64,000 bases of DNA from Candidatus Microgenomates bacterium (GCA_049519355.1 JBEKQV010000001.1:150408-214407); one strand, 5' to 3'; positions 28,465-37,887 are shown, numbered from the stretch's first letter. Translations and numbers: made by a program. The notes: generated by a model from the letters alone, not told the origin.

Positions 28465-28722
28465 TTATTTTTCCGTCTTTTCAACTTTCTCTGCTTTTTT
28501 CTCGACCTTGGGTGCAAGTTTCGCCAAAATCTCCTTTTCGCGGATCAAGGTTAGTATTTTAGCAAGTTCTACCCTTAAATTCCTGTAAGCCTTAAGATTC
28601 TTCTCTTTGCCTCCCAAAATTTCCATCTTAACCTTCATTGTCTCCAACTTCTTTTGAGAAGCAAGCTTAACCAGTTCTTCGGCCGTTTTTCCTTTTAATT
28701 CGGTAAAATCTTTTCTTTTCAT
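28465..28722 (-). CDS. rpmC: 50S ribosomal protein L29
   Basis: Position between rplP and rpsQ; LAKILT motif. Confidence 0.9.
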   Translation of the reverse strand: MKRKDFTELKGKTAEELVKLASQKKLETMKVKMEILGGKEKNLKAYRNLRVELAKILTLIREKEILAKLAPKVEKKAEKVEKTEK

Positions 28723-28726
28723 TTTA

Positions 28727-29140
28727 TTATTCCTCGGTTCTACTGATGATTTTTATATCAATCGGTAATTTCGCGGAAGCTTTTCTGAAAGCTTCTTTAA
28801 CAATTAAAGGATCCGCTCCTGCAACTTCAAAAAGAATTGTTCCGGGCCTAACTACCGCAACATAAGTTGAAATGTCTCCCTTTCCTCCACCCATTCTTTT
28901 TCCGGCGGGTCTTGCAGTAATTGGCTTATCCGGAAAAATCCTTACCCAAACTCTTCCGCCCTTTCTAAGTCCGTGGGTTATTGTACGTCTGGCCGCCTCA
29001 ATTTGTGCCGAGGTAACCCAAGCCACCTCTTGCGCTTTCATGGCAAAATCTCCGAAAGAGATTGCACTTCCGCGTGTGGCGACTCCTTGTCTCCGACCTC
29101 TGAAATCTTTAATATATTTTCTTCTTTTTGGTTGCAACAT
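28727..29140 (-). CDS. rplP: 50S ribosomal protein L16
   Basis: MLQPKR, QIEAAR, RIFPDKP, RMGGGKG. Confidence 0.98.
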   Translation of the reverse strand: MLQPKRRKYIKDFRGRRQGVATRGSAISFGDFAMKAQEVAWVTSAQIEAARRTITHGLRKGGRVWVRIFPDKPITARPAGKRMGGGKGDISTYVAVVRPGTILFEVAGADPLIVKEAFRKASAKLPIDIKIISRTEE

Positions 29141-29151
29141 AAATATAAAAA

Positions 29152-29805
29152 CTACTCCTCTGACTTTTTGTGAATCCAGACCTTTACTCCTACATAACCT
29201 CTTTTGAGTAAGGCCGGGACTTGGGCATAATCTAAATTCTCACGCAGTGTCTGGGTTGGAACCGAACCTTGGTGGAATTTTTCAACCCTGGAAATTTCAA
29301 TTCCGTTTATACGTCCCCCAAGAACAACTTTAACTCCCAAGGCACCCGACGCCATAACCCGTTCCATAGTTTTCTGGACCACACGTCTGTGGGGGATTCT
29401 TCTCTCAAGCTCCCCGGCGATTCTTTCGGCAACTAGATATGCCGAAAGTTCGGGGTTTTTAACCTCATTAATCCTTATGTCGATTTTAAGATCCTTAATC
29501 TTCTTACCCCTGACCTCACTGATAATATCCAGGATATATTTTTTAACGTCCTCAATTCCCGTTCCTCCACGGCCAATAACCACACCCGGTCTACTGACGG
29601 TAATTATTACGACCATGCTTTTTGGCAATCTCTCGATTTCAACTCCACTAATTCCGGCCAGCTTTAATTTTTTGGTCAATCCCTTCCTGATTTTTATATC
29701 CTCAAGCAGGAAATCTTTAAATGTTCCCTCATCGGCAAACCATCTAGATTTCCAGGGAAGGTAACTGCCTATTCTTATACCAATTGGGTTAACTTTTTGT
29801 CCCAT
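29152..29805 (-). CDS. rpsC: 30S ribosomal protein S3
   Basis: MGQKVNP, RPGVVIGRGG, VPTQTLR, GVKVWI. Confidence 0.98.
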   Translation of the reverse strand: MGQKVNPIGIRIGSYLPWKSRWFADEGTFKDFLLEDIKIRKGLTKKLKLAGISGVEIERLPKSMVVIITVSRPGVVIGRGGTGIEDVKKYILDIISEVRGKKIKDLKIDIRINEVKNPELSAYLVAERIAGELERRIPHRRVVQKTMERVMASGALGVKVVLGGRINGIEISRVEKFHQGSVPTQTLRENLDYAQVPALLKRGYVGVKVWIHKKSEE

Positions 29806-29809
29806 ATGA

Positions 29810-30226
29810 TTATTTTTTAACCTCCTTTTTTACGGCTTTCTTTTCTTCTACTGTTTTTTCAACTTTCGGTTCAATCTTTTTTATCTCGGGTTTAACTGAC
29901 ACAAGAATAACTCTTATGTGAGCCATTCTTCTCTTGAAAGGGTGCCACATACCACGGCTTGCCGCTTTTCCTCTTTTAAGACGTGGTCCTTCCCCAATTT
30001 GGATTTCCTTAAATACCAAATCAGTTTCGCTAACTCCCTGATTTTTGGCCGAAGCAATTGCACTTTTTATCACCTTTGCCAGCTCAGCCCCGGCCCTTTT
30101 TTGAACAAAAGGAAGTTTGGCTACGGCTTCAGACGGCTTCATTTTCTTAATCACTTCAACAACAAGCCTGATTTTTCTCGGACTCATAAGTAAATATTTT
30201 TGTGTTGCCTTAAATTGTTTCTCCAT
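29810..30226 (-). CDS. rplV: 50S ribosomal protein L22
   Basis: SPRKIRLV, EGPRLKR, RMAHI. Confidence 0.97.
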   Translation of the reverse strand: MEKQFKATQKYLLMSPRKIRLVVEVIKKMKPSEAVAKLPFVQKRAGAELAKVIKSAIASAKNQGVSETDLVFKEIQIGEGPRLKRGKAASRGMWHPFKRRMAHIRVILVSVKPEIKKIEPKVEKTVEEKKAVKKEVKK

Positions 30227-30231
30227 ATCGT

Positions 30232-30513
30232 TTACGTCTTTTCAAGTGTCCTCTTAACTATTTCTCCATGTCCTCTAAATGTTCTTGTGGGCGAAAACTC
30301 ACCCAGGGCATGCCCAACCATATCTTCGGTTACAAAAACATCGATAAAAACATGTCCGTTATGAACTTGGAAATATTTTCCGACAAAACTTGGTGCGATT
30401 TGGCATCTCCTGGACCACGTTTTAATCGGGTTCTCTTTAGAACCCATTCCTTTTTCGATCTTTTTAACTAGTATTGGGTCAACATACGGCCCCTTTTTAG
30501 AACTTCGTGACAT
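30232..30513 (-). CDS. rpsS: 30S ribosomal protein S19
   Basis: [25 protein letters not shown]. Confidence 0.98.
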   Translation of the reverse strand: MSRSSKKGPYVDPILVKKIEKGMGSKENPIKTWSRRCQIAPSFVGKYFQVHNGHVFIDVFVTEDMVGHALGEFSPTRTFRGHGEIVKRTLEKT

Positions 30514-30514
30514 A

Positions 30515-31264
30515 TTAGCCTAGAATTGCTTTTCCTCCCCTTCTTTGAATTATCAAACGGTTTGAAAACTTTTTCTTGTTTCTGGTTTTACCAACCGCGC
30601 GTCTTCCATAGACAGTCTTTGGATATTTCATTCCGACTCCACTTCTTCCCTCTCCGCCTCCGTGCGGATGAGCGTGCGGATTCATGGCAACTCCACGAAC
30701 ACTCGGTCTGGTTCCCATGTGCCTGACACGTCCGGCTTTGTGAATTACTTCGTTTTTGGACTCAACATTTCCAACCTGACCGATTGAGGCAAGGCATGCC
30801 GGATCAAATCTTCTGATTTCCCCAGAAGGAAGCTTAACCAAAACCCAATCGTCTTCCTTACCAAAAACTACCGCGGCGCTTCCGGCTCCCTTAACCATTT
30901 GCCCTCCCTTACCCTTTGTTATTTCAATATTATGAATCTGAGTTCCGACCGGAATTGCTTTCAAAGGAAGCGTATTTCCCGGCTCAATCGGAGCAACCTC
31001 GGACGCCACAACTTTGGTCCCTACCTTAAGATCAACCGGCGCAAGAATGTAGCGTCTTTCACCATCTGCGTATAATATCAGAGCAACCTCCGCATTTCTA
31101 TTGGGATCATACTCAATACCGATAACTCTACCCCAGACATCAGTTTTATCTCTCTTAAAATCAAGCTCCCTAAGGAATCGCCTCTCACGGCTTCCCTGAT
31201 GCCGCACGGTAACTCTTCCGTTAAGTCTTCCTGATTTTTTAGCCAATATTCTTTTTAGCTTCAT
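30515..31264 (-). CDS. rplB: 50S ribosomal protein L2 (N-terminally shortened)
   Basis: [28 protein letters not shown]. Confidence 0.97.
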   Translation of the reverse strand: MKLKRILAKKSGRLNGRVTVRHQGSRERRFLRELDFKRDKTDVWGRVIGIEYDPNRNAEVALILYADGERRYILAPVDLKVGTKVVASEVAPIEPGNTLPLKAIPVGTQIHNIEITKGKGGQMVKGAGSAAVVFGKEDDWVLVKLPSGEIRRFDPACLASIGQVGNVESKNEVIHKAGRVRHMGTRPSVRGVAMNPHAHPHGGGEGRSGVGMKYPKTVYGRRAVGKTRNKKKFSNRLIIQRRGGKAILG

Positions 31265-31536
31265 TTTTTGCCCTCCTCAAATAAACTGATTTTGTCACCC
31301 TCCTTTAAGGTTATTATTGCTTTCTTGCCTGTATGAACCGAAAAATTATTTCCCCGGGCGTTTTTACCTTTTTCCCCACTTGTTGCAATTGTTCTCACCC
31401 CGGTTACCGTAACGCCAAAAATCTTTGATATTTCCACCGCAATCTGTTTTTTATTCATTGCCCGGTCAACCCGGAAGGTATAACCCCCGAGCTTTGCTGC
31501 TTTTAAACTTTTTTCCGTAAAAATAGGCTTGATCAT
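31261..31536 (-). CDS. rplW: 50S ribosomal protein L23
   Basis: PIFTEKS, YTFRV, KKAIITL. Confidence 0.96.
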   Translation of the reverse strand: MIKPIFTEKSLKAAKLGGYTFRVDRAMNKKQIAVEISKIFGVTVTGVRTIATSGEKGKNARGNNFSVHTGKKAIITLKEGDKISLFEEGKK

Positions 31537-31537
31537 A

Positions 31538-32200
31538 TTATTTAGTCACTTTCTTAACTGATTTTTTAACTATTTTCTGAGCCGGCTCACTTTTCACCTT
31601 AAATATTCCCGCATCCATTAGAATAAGACCTCCTGTATAAATATCAAAAGCATTTGCATCTTTGAAAAAGATTGTCCTAACGCTCGACAAGTTTCTTAAG
31701 AACTTAACTGTTTCTTTCGCGTCGTTGGAAAGAATAAACGTAAAACTTTTTGCTTTAAACGATTTTGCTAACGACTTTAGAAAATCACCTACCGTCTTTG
31801 TTTTATCCACCCTTGATAATCCCGAAACTACGGCCAATTCTTTCTCACCGACTTTAAGAGCGTATGCAATTCCCTTAGCCTTGATTTTAAGGCTGGATGG
31901 AAGAGTCAAAACTCTCTTAACAGGCCTTGGACCCAAGGCAACTCCACCGCCAACAAAAAGATTTGCACGTCTGCTTCCGTGGCGGGCACCACCAGTCCCT
32001 TTTTGTTTATAAAGTTTCTTGCTGGTCCTATTTACTTCGGAACGGGTTTTTGTTTTCCGGAGTCCCACATGGTTTCTTTCTTCATAAACATAAACCGCCT
32101 GAGCCAAAAGCGGCAAATTAATCTCTTCCTCAAAATCTTTTGGAAGAGCAAGATCACCGGTTCTAACTCCTTTAATTGTAAAAACAGGTACTTTAGTCAT
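31538..32200 (-). CDS. rplD: 50S ribosomal protein L4
   Basis: TKTRSEV, QKGTGGARHGS, GGGVALGP. Confidence 0.97.
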   Translation of the reverse strand: MTKVPVFTIKGVRTGDLALPKDFEEEINLPLLAQAVYVYEERNHVGLRKTKTRSEVNRTSKKLYKQKGTGGARHGSRRANLFVGGGVALGPRPVKRVLTLPSSLKIKAKGIAYALKVGEKELAVVSGLSRVDKTKTVGDFLKSLAKSFKAKSFTFILSNDAKETVKFLRNLSSVRTIFFKDANAFDIYTGGLILMDAGIFKVKSEPAQKIVKKSVKKVTK

Positions 32201-32202
32201 AA

Positions 32203-32997
32203 TTATTCTTTGTTTGGTTCAGTCTTTTTCTCTTCTGCCTTAGGTGCTTCAGCTTTTGGCGCCTCGGCCTTAGGAGCTTCCGCCCCTGCCTCAGCCGTTT
32301 CACCGGCCGGTGCTACACCTTCGACTACCTGGGCCACAACTTCATGCTCAAGTTCTTTAAGACTTCCGGATTTAATTTTCTTAATAGTAATAAGACTTCC
32401 AACCGTTCCCGGAATTTGTCCGGAAATCTCAACCTCACCGCTATCTTTTATTGAAATCACATGAAGATTTTTGATAGTAGTTTGTTCCGATCCCATTCTC
32501 CCGGCCATTCTTTTTCCTCTATAGACCCTTCCCGGAGTTGTTGTCTGTCCGATGGAACCCGGAGCACGCTCACGGTCGGATTGCCCGTGGGTCCTTGGTC
32601 CTCCCATGAAGTGGTGTCTTTTAACTACACCCGCGAAACCTTTTCCTTTTGATACCCCGGAAACGGCAATAACATCTCCTGCATTAAAAATGTCGGAGGC
32701 TTTTATCTCGTCTCCGACCTTAAATTCCGGCTCACTTTCAACCCTGACTTCCTGCAAATATCTCGGAAAATTTTTATCTTTTGAGGTTGACTTAAGATGT
32801 CCCTGAAGCGGTTTTGAAGTGTTTTTAGCTTTTTTGGAGAGAAATCCAAGCTGAACTGCCCAGTATCCGTCGCTGTCCATTTTTTTAATTTGGGTCACGA
32901 CGCAGGGCCCCGCCGTAACTAACGTAACGGGAATCCTAAAGCCTTCGACGAACGTCTGGCTGTTAACTCCTTTTGAACCTAAGATGGTATTAATCAT
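32203..32997 (-). CDS. rplC: 50S ribosomal protein L3 with Ala/Glu/Pro/Lys tail
   Basis: DGYWAVQLG, SKGKGFAG, THGQS, RAPGSIG, MAGRMG. Confidence 0.98.
   Translation of the reverse strand: MINTILGSKGVNSQTFVEGFRIPVTLVTAGPCVVTQIKKMDSDGYWAVQLGFLSKKAKNTSKPLQGHLKSTSKDKNFPRYLQEVRVESEPEFKVGDEIKASDIFNAGDVIAVSGVSKGKGFAGVVKRHHFMGGPRTHGQSDRERAPGSIGQTTTPGRVYRGKRMAGRMGSEQTTIKNLHVISIKDSGEVEISGQIPGTVGSLITIKKIKSGSLKELEHEVVAQVVEGVAPAGETAEAGAEAPKAEAPKAEAPKAEEKKTEPNKE
32234..32284 (-). repeat. degenerate 15-nt tandem repeat encoding (AEAPK)x3 in the L3 tail
   Basis: Protein ...GAEAPKAEAPKAEAPKAEEKK. Confidence 0.7.
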
Positions 32998-33170
32998 TTT
33001 GGTTTTGGAACCCCCGGACTTTACGTCCCGGAGCCAGTAAACAACAAAAAAGGCGCCTTCAAAGGGCGCCTAGGGGAGGCAACCTTATGAAGATCAACCG
33101 TGGCTAGTAACTGACATAACCACTTGCATGTTACGAGGGGAATTATAACAAATGAAATGAACTTGCGCAA
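32998..33170 (-). promoter_or_regulatory. promoter and structured attenuator-type leader of the rplC operon
   Basis: TTGCGC-17-TATAAT (33170-33142); leader hairpins including AGGCGCC-ctttgaa-GGCGCCT-TTTTT (33071-33046). Confidence 0.7.
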
Positions 33171-33184
33171 GAAGTGGCCTATAA

Positions 33185-33230
33185 AACAAGAAGGGCGCTC
33201 ACCTGAATTCAAAAAATCAGGCAAGCGCCC
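33185..33230 (-). terminator. terminator after the inserted ORF
   Basis: GGGCGCT..CCTGA-loop-TCAGG..AGCGCCC followed by TTCTTGTTTT. Confidence 0.75.
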
Positions 33231-33520
33231 ATCTCGTACTTTCTATTCTTTTTTTGGGTCTTAGGCCTCAACGGCGAGGGGTACGTCAAGAATCTTGGCG
33301 ACATCCTCGGCAACGAAATTGCCGTAGCCGTGGGGAACACGGTGCAAACCGACTGGGTTCTTTTTAACCCAAAAATCGGCTCTCAGCTGCCGGCCGTCAG
33401 GTAGAATCATACTGCATTTTTCGCAGGCGGCTGTATCAACCCAATAGGTTTTGCCTTCAAAAACAAACTTGATTTGTCGATTAGGCATACCGTCCTCCAC
33501 AAATTTACAAAGTACGAGAT
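33231..33520. repeat. perfect 12-bp inverted repeat flanking the inserted ORF
   Basis: ATCTCGTACTTT at 33231-33242 and AAAGTACGAGAT at 33509-33520. Confidence 0.85.
33261..33488 (-). CDS. hypothetical 75-aa protein inserted between rpsJ and rplC
   Basis: SD GGAGG 5 nt before ATG 33488; own promoter TTGCTT-17-TATATT (33579-33551) and terminator. Confidence 0.75.
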   Translation of the reverse strand: MPNRQIKFVFEGKTYWVDTAACEKCSMILPDGRQLRADFWVKKNPVGLHRVPHGYGNFVAEDVAKILDVPLAVEA

Positions 33521-33592
33521 ACCCTCGTAAGGATTTACGAGATAACTGGAAATATACGTCAAAAATGAAGGAAAAGCAAATTATGGGATAAC

Positions 33593-33901
33593 TTACATCT
33601 TTATTTCAATGGAGACTCCGGCCGGAAGGTCGAGGTTACCAAGGGAATCGACTGTACGGGGGCTCGGGTCCAAAATATCTATCAGTCTTTTATGCACCAA
33701 AATTTCGTAGTGTTCTTGTGCATCCTTATCTGTAAATGGAGATTCCTTGATGGCCATCATCGTCCTGGCGGTGGGAAGCGGAATGGGTCCGATTATTTTC
33801 GCACCAGTAGCTAAAGCGGTATCTACTATCTTTGCTGCCGCTTCGTCCAGAACTCTATGATCGTAACTTTTGAGTTTTACTCTAAGTCTTGAGCTTGCCA
33901 T
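33593..33901 (-). CDS. rpsJ: 30S ribosomal protein S10
   Basis: [33 protein letters not shown]. Confidence 0.98.
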   Translation of the reverse strand: MASSRLRVKLKSYDHRVLDEAAAKIVDTALATGAKIIGPIPLPTARTMMAIKESPFTDKDAQEHYEILVHKRLIDILDPSPRTVDSLGNLDLPAGVSIEIKM

Positions 33902-33917
33902 CTTAATGTGCCTAACC

Positions 33918-35111
33918 TTATGCGATTATCTTTGTTATTACACCATCGCCAACTGTGTGTCCACCTTCACGAATTGCAAATCTAAATCCTTCCTCCATTG
34001 CAACCGGCTGAATGAGTTTGATTTTCATCTTGGCATTATCCCCGGGCATAACCATCTCAATTCCTTCCGGAAGAGTAGCCTCACCGGTAATATCTGCTGT
34101 CTTAATATAGAACTGCGGTTTGTAACCTGTGAAGAACGGGGTATGACGTCCGCCTTCCTCTTTGCTCAAAATATAAACTTCAGCCTCAAATTCGGTATGA
34201 GGAGTAAGGCTACCCGGTTTGCAAAGAACTTGACCGCGCTCAACCTGATCCTTTTCAACTCCCCTAAGAAGGACTCCGATATTGTCTCCCGCCATGGCTT
34301 CATCGAGAGTTTTTCTGAACATCTCCAAGCCCGTTGCAACTGATTTTTGGGTAGGTTTAAGTCCCACTATTTCGACTTCCTCGTTAACCTTAATCTTGCC
34401 TCTATCAACTCTTCCCGTAACAACCGTCCCACGGCCTTGAATTGTAAATACATCCTCAATTGCCATCAGGAACGGTTTATCTACGTCACGTACCGGATCC
34501 GGGATATAATTATCTACCGCATCCATAAGGGCCATTATTTGCTTTTCCGCCTCAGGGTCCCCCTCAACAGCCTTCAAAGCGGATCCTCTAATGACAGGCA
34601 CTTCATCTCCCGGATAACCGTATTTCTTAAGAAGTTCCCTTACATCCGCCTCAACCAAATCGATAAGTTCGGGGTCGTCAACCATGTCGACTTTATTAAG
34701 AAAAACTACAATTGCCGGAACGTTAACCTGTTTGGCCAAAATAACATGCTCTCTGGTTTGAGGCATAGGCCCATCTGCGGCCGAGACCACTAAAATGGCA
34801 CCATCCATCTGGGCGGCACCCGTAATCATATTCTTGATGTAATCTGCGTGTCCTGGAGCATCTATGTGGGCGTAGTGGCGTTTCTTGGTTTCGTATTCCT
34901 GATGGGAGAGGTTGATGGTAACTCCTCTTTCTCTTTCTTCCGGCGCGGAATCAATTTCTTCGTATTTCTTGGCAACAGCCAAACCCTGTTTGGCCAAAAC
35001 CATAGTAATAGCTGAGGTTAAAGTGGTCTTACCGTGGTCAACATGGCCAATAGTGCCAATATTGACGTGCGGTTTTGTTCTTTCGTATTTTTTCTTTGCT
35101 TCTCCTGCCAT
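33918..35111 (-). CDS. tuf: elongation factor Tu
   Basis: [28 protein letters not shown]. Confidence 0.99.
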   Translation of the reverse strand: MAGEAKKKYERTKPHVNIGTIGHVDHGKTTLTSAITMVLAKQGLAVAKKYEEIDSAPEERERGVTINLSHQEYETKKRHYAHIDAPGHADYIKNMITGAAQMDGAILVVSAADGPMPQTREHVILAKQVNVPAIVVFLNKVDMVDDPELIDLVEADVRELLKKYGYPGDEVPVIRGSALKAVEGDPEAEKQIMALMDAVDNYIPDPVRDVDKPFLMAIEDVFTIQGRGTVVTGRVDRGKIKVNEEVEIVGLKPTQKSVATGLEMFRKTLDEAMAGDNIGVLLRGVEKDQVERGQVLCKPGSLTPHTEFEAEVYILSKEEGGRHTPFFTGYKPQFYIKTADITGEATLPEGIEMVMPGDNAKMKIKLIQPVAMEEGFRFAIREGGHTVGDGVITKIIA

Positions 35112-35121
35112 ACAAGTGCTA

Positions 35122-35151
35122 ATTATAATCGAGGCTAATCATGCGTGTCAA
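35122..35151 (-). promoter_or_regulatory. consensus promoter of tuf
   Basis: TTGACA-18-TATAAT, 10 nt before ATG. Confidence 0.8.
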
Positions 35152-35154
35152 GGG

Positions 35155-37326
35155 TTAATTGCCGCGGGCCATTGTAACTTTGCCGGCTTTAGCAACAACC
35201 GCTTCAGAAATATTTCTCGGTACTTCTTCATAGTGTGAAGGTTCCATGTAATAACTGGCACGGCCTTGAGTCAGGGATCTGAGCTTGGTGGCATATCCGG
35301 AAAGTTCGGAAAGAGGTGCCGTGGCATTAATGACGGTCATTAAACCTCTTTTTTCCGTTCCTGAAACTTGAGCACGCTTAGAAGAAAGGTCGCCTATTAC
35401 ATCTCCCATAAACTCGTCGGGGGTTGAAACCTCGACTTTCATGATAGGCTCAAGAAGAATCGGGTCGGAATGCCTAAAAGCGTCCTCCAATGCCATCGAA
35501 CCGGCAATCTTAAAGGCAATTTCTGAAGAATCAACTTCGTGATAACTTCCGTCATAGACAATTGCTCTCATATCAACCATCGGGAAACCGGCCAAGACTC
35601 CATTCTCCATTTTCTCTTTGATACCTTTTTCTATTGGAGAAATAAATTCATTAGGAATTGCTCCCCCCTTAATCTCACTCTTAAATTCAAATCCTTCACC
35701 ACGTCCCAGAGGTTCAAGCCGGATAAGACAATGTCCGTACTGTCCGCGGCCGCCGGTTTGACGAATATATTTTCCTTCACCGGAACCGATTTTCTTGACG
35801 GTTTCTTTGTAGGCAACCTGAGGGGCACCTGTAGTTGCCAAAACATTAAACTCGCGCTTCATTCTGTCGACCAATACTTCGAGTTGAAGTTCACCCATTC
35901 CAGAAATAATAGTTTGTCCTGTTTCAGGGTTTGATTTGATGCGGAAAGTCGGATCCTCATCGGAGAGCTTTCCTAAAGCCAGTCCCATCTTCTCCTGATC
36001 TGACTTTGTTGCAGGCTCGATTGCCAATGAAATAACAGGCTCCGGAAAGTTAATAGATTCAAGAACAATCGGGTGCCCTGGATCACATATAGTATTGCCT
36101 GTAGTTGTATCTTTAATTCCAACAACCGCCACAATTTCTCCGGCATAAGCAGTTTCGATCAATTCTCTTTGATCGGCATGGAGTAAAACCAGCTTTCCGA
36201 TTCTTTCGGTCTTTTGCACTGACGAGTTATAAACTTGCTGACCGGCGGAAAGAGTTCCTGAATAAATTCTGACATAAACAAGTCGTCCCACATGAGGATC
36301 GGTCATAACTTTAAAGGCCAGCCCTGCAAAAGGAGCCTCATTTTTCCTCTCACGGGTAGCTTTTTCGCCAGTTTTGGGATCGGTTCCTTCAACAGGAGGA
36401 AGGTCCAAAGGAGACGGCAGATATTCAACAACTCCGTCCAAAAGCAATTGGCTTTCGGCGGTTCTGTTGTCACCTCCAAAAATCGGGAAGAACTTACCGG
36501 CTATGACTCCCTTTCGAATTGCTCTTTTGAGAATTGGCTCATCAATTTCTTTTCCTTCCAAAAACATTGAAAGTGCCTCATCGTCAAATTCACAAGCTCG
36601 CTCCAGAAGTTCCTGACGGTACTTCTTGGCATTATCAAGAAATTCTGCAGGAATTTCCTCGACAGTCAAAGCGTGATCCTCAACTGCCTTATAAGTGAAG
36701 GCTTTCATTTTGATTAGATCAACAATTCCCCTATGTTCATGTTCAAGTCCGATTGGAATAATTACCGGGGCGGCATTAGCACCAAGGCGTTCGCGGATTG
36801 ATTTAATCGATCCTTCAAAATCGGCACCAATTAAATTCAATTTATTTAAAACACATATCCTCGGAACATTATATTTATCAGCCTGTCTCCAAACAGTTTC
36901 GGATTGACTTTCAACTCCGGTCCGACCGTCAAAAACCATCAAAGCCCCGTCTAAAACACGAAGAGAACGTTCAACTTCTGCGGTAAAATCAATGTGACCG
37001 GGTGTATCAATAATATTTATTCTGTAGTGGCCCGCCTCGACTGAAGAATTTTTCTTTAAATCCCAAAAAGTTGTGATGGCGGCGGAAACAATTGTAATTC
37101 CGCGCTCGCGCTCCTGGGCCATCCAGTCTGTGACGGTTGTTCCTTCGTCAACACTTCCCAGTTTGTAAGTGCGGCCGGTTTCGAAAAGAAGTCTTTCGGT
37201 AGTTGTGGTTTTGCCGGCATCAATATGGGCAATAATGCCGATATTTCGGATCTTTTCATAGGAAACATTACGGTCCTTTGTCGCCGTCATTACTATTGCC
37301 GCTTTTTTCTTTGCAACTTCTGCCAT
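35155..37326 (-). CDS. fusA: elongation factor G
   Basis: AHIDAGKTT, DTPGH, GMGELQL, GSYHEVDSS. Confidence 0.99.
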   Translation of the reverse strand: MAEVAKKKAAIVMTATKDRNVSYEKIRNIGIIAHIDAGKTTTTERLLFETGRTYKLGSVDEGTTVTDWMAQERERGITIVSAAITTFWDLKKNSSVEAGHYRINIIDTPGHIDFTAEVERSLRVLDGALMVFDGRTGVESQSETVWRQADKYNVPRICVLNKLNLIGADFEGSIKSIRERLGANAAPVIIPIGLEHEHRGIVDLIKMKAFTYKAVEDHALTVEEIPAEFLDNAKKYRQELLERACEFDDEALSMFLEGKEIDEPILKRAIRKGVIAGKFFPIFGGDNRTAESQLLLDGVVEYLPSPLDLPPVEGTDPKTGEKATRERKNEAPFAGLAFKVMTDPHVGRLVYVRIYSGTLSAGQQVYNSSVQKTERIGKLVLLHADQRELIETAYAGEIVAVVGIKDTTTGNTICDPGHPIVLESINFPEPVISLAIEPATKSDQEKMGLALGKLSDEDPTFRIKSNPETGQTIISGMGELQLEVLVDRMKREFNVLATTGAPQVAYKETVKKIGSGEGKYIRQTGGRGQYGHCLIRLEPLGRGEGFEFKSEIKGGAIPNEFISPIEKGIKEKMENGVLAGFPMVDMRAIVYDGSYHEVDSSEIAFKIAGSMALEDAFRHSDPILLEPIMKVEVSTPDEFMGDVIGDLSSKRAQVSGTEKRGLMTVINATAPLSELSGYATKLRSLTQGRASYYMEPSHYEEVPRNISEAVVAKAGKVTMARGN

Positions 37327-37332
37327 ATTTTT

Positions 37333-37341
37333 ATTCTAACA
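37333..37341 (-). promoter_or_regulatory. extended -10 giving a leaderless fusA mRNA
   Basis: TGtTAGAAT 6 nt before ATG. Confidence 0.65.
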
Positions 37342-37366
37342 AAAATAAACTTCCTTTATTAGGAAG
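37341..37366 (-). terminator. terminator-like hairpin between rpsG and fusA
   Basis: CTTCCT-aataa-AGGAAG followed by TTTATTTTT. Confidence 0.55.
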
Positions 37367-37397
37367 CAAGAGTGATTTTAGCAAAACTACTTGAGGA

Positions 37398-37877
37398 TTA
37401 CCACCTAAAGTGGGCGAAAGCTTTGTTGGCCTCAGCAACTCTCTCAACATCCAATCTTTTCTTTACGGACACACCTTCACCTTTGGCGGCATCCGTTATT
37501 TCCGCCGCAAGTTTCGCAGCATACGTATGAAAATCTGAATTGGATTTTGAATTGGCTGCAGCAACAAGCCATCTAATTGCTAAAGATTCACTTCTGACAC
37601 CACGTACGGGAGCCGGAACCTGATAGGCAGCACCTCCGATTCTTCGGGGCCTAACTTCCATTGTAGGCTTGATGTTTCCCAAAGCCTGATTGAAAACTTT
37701 CAACGGATCTCCGCCGGATTTTTCTTTAATTATGTCAAAAGCTTCATAGATTTCGCGTCTTGCGGCATTTTTCTTGCCATCGCGCATACTCCTATTGATA
37801 AGCTTCGTAACTAAACGGCTCCCATAGACGGGATCCGGTTCTAAAATGTTTGGTTTAATCGTTCCTTTTCTTGCCAT
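37398..37877 (-). CDS. rpsG: 30S ribosomal protein S7
   Basis: PDPVYGS, DGKK, RRIGGAAYQVP, AEANKAFAHFRW; ATG at 37877. Confidence 0.98.
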   Translation of the reverse strand: MARKGTIKPNILEPDPVYGSRLVTKLINRSMRDGKKNAARREIYEAFDIIKEKSGGDPLKVFNQALGNIKPTMEVRPRRIGGAAYQVPAPVRGVRSESLAIRWLVAAANSKSNSDFHTYAAKLAAEITDAAKGEGVSVKKRLDVERVAEANKAFAHFRW

Positions 37878-37887
37878 AAATAAATTT

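Noticed and set aside
33021-33224. 67-aa ORF upstream of rplC
   Set aside because: Spans a terminator, a promoter and a structured leader; better explained as regulatory sequence.
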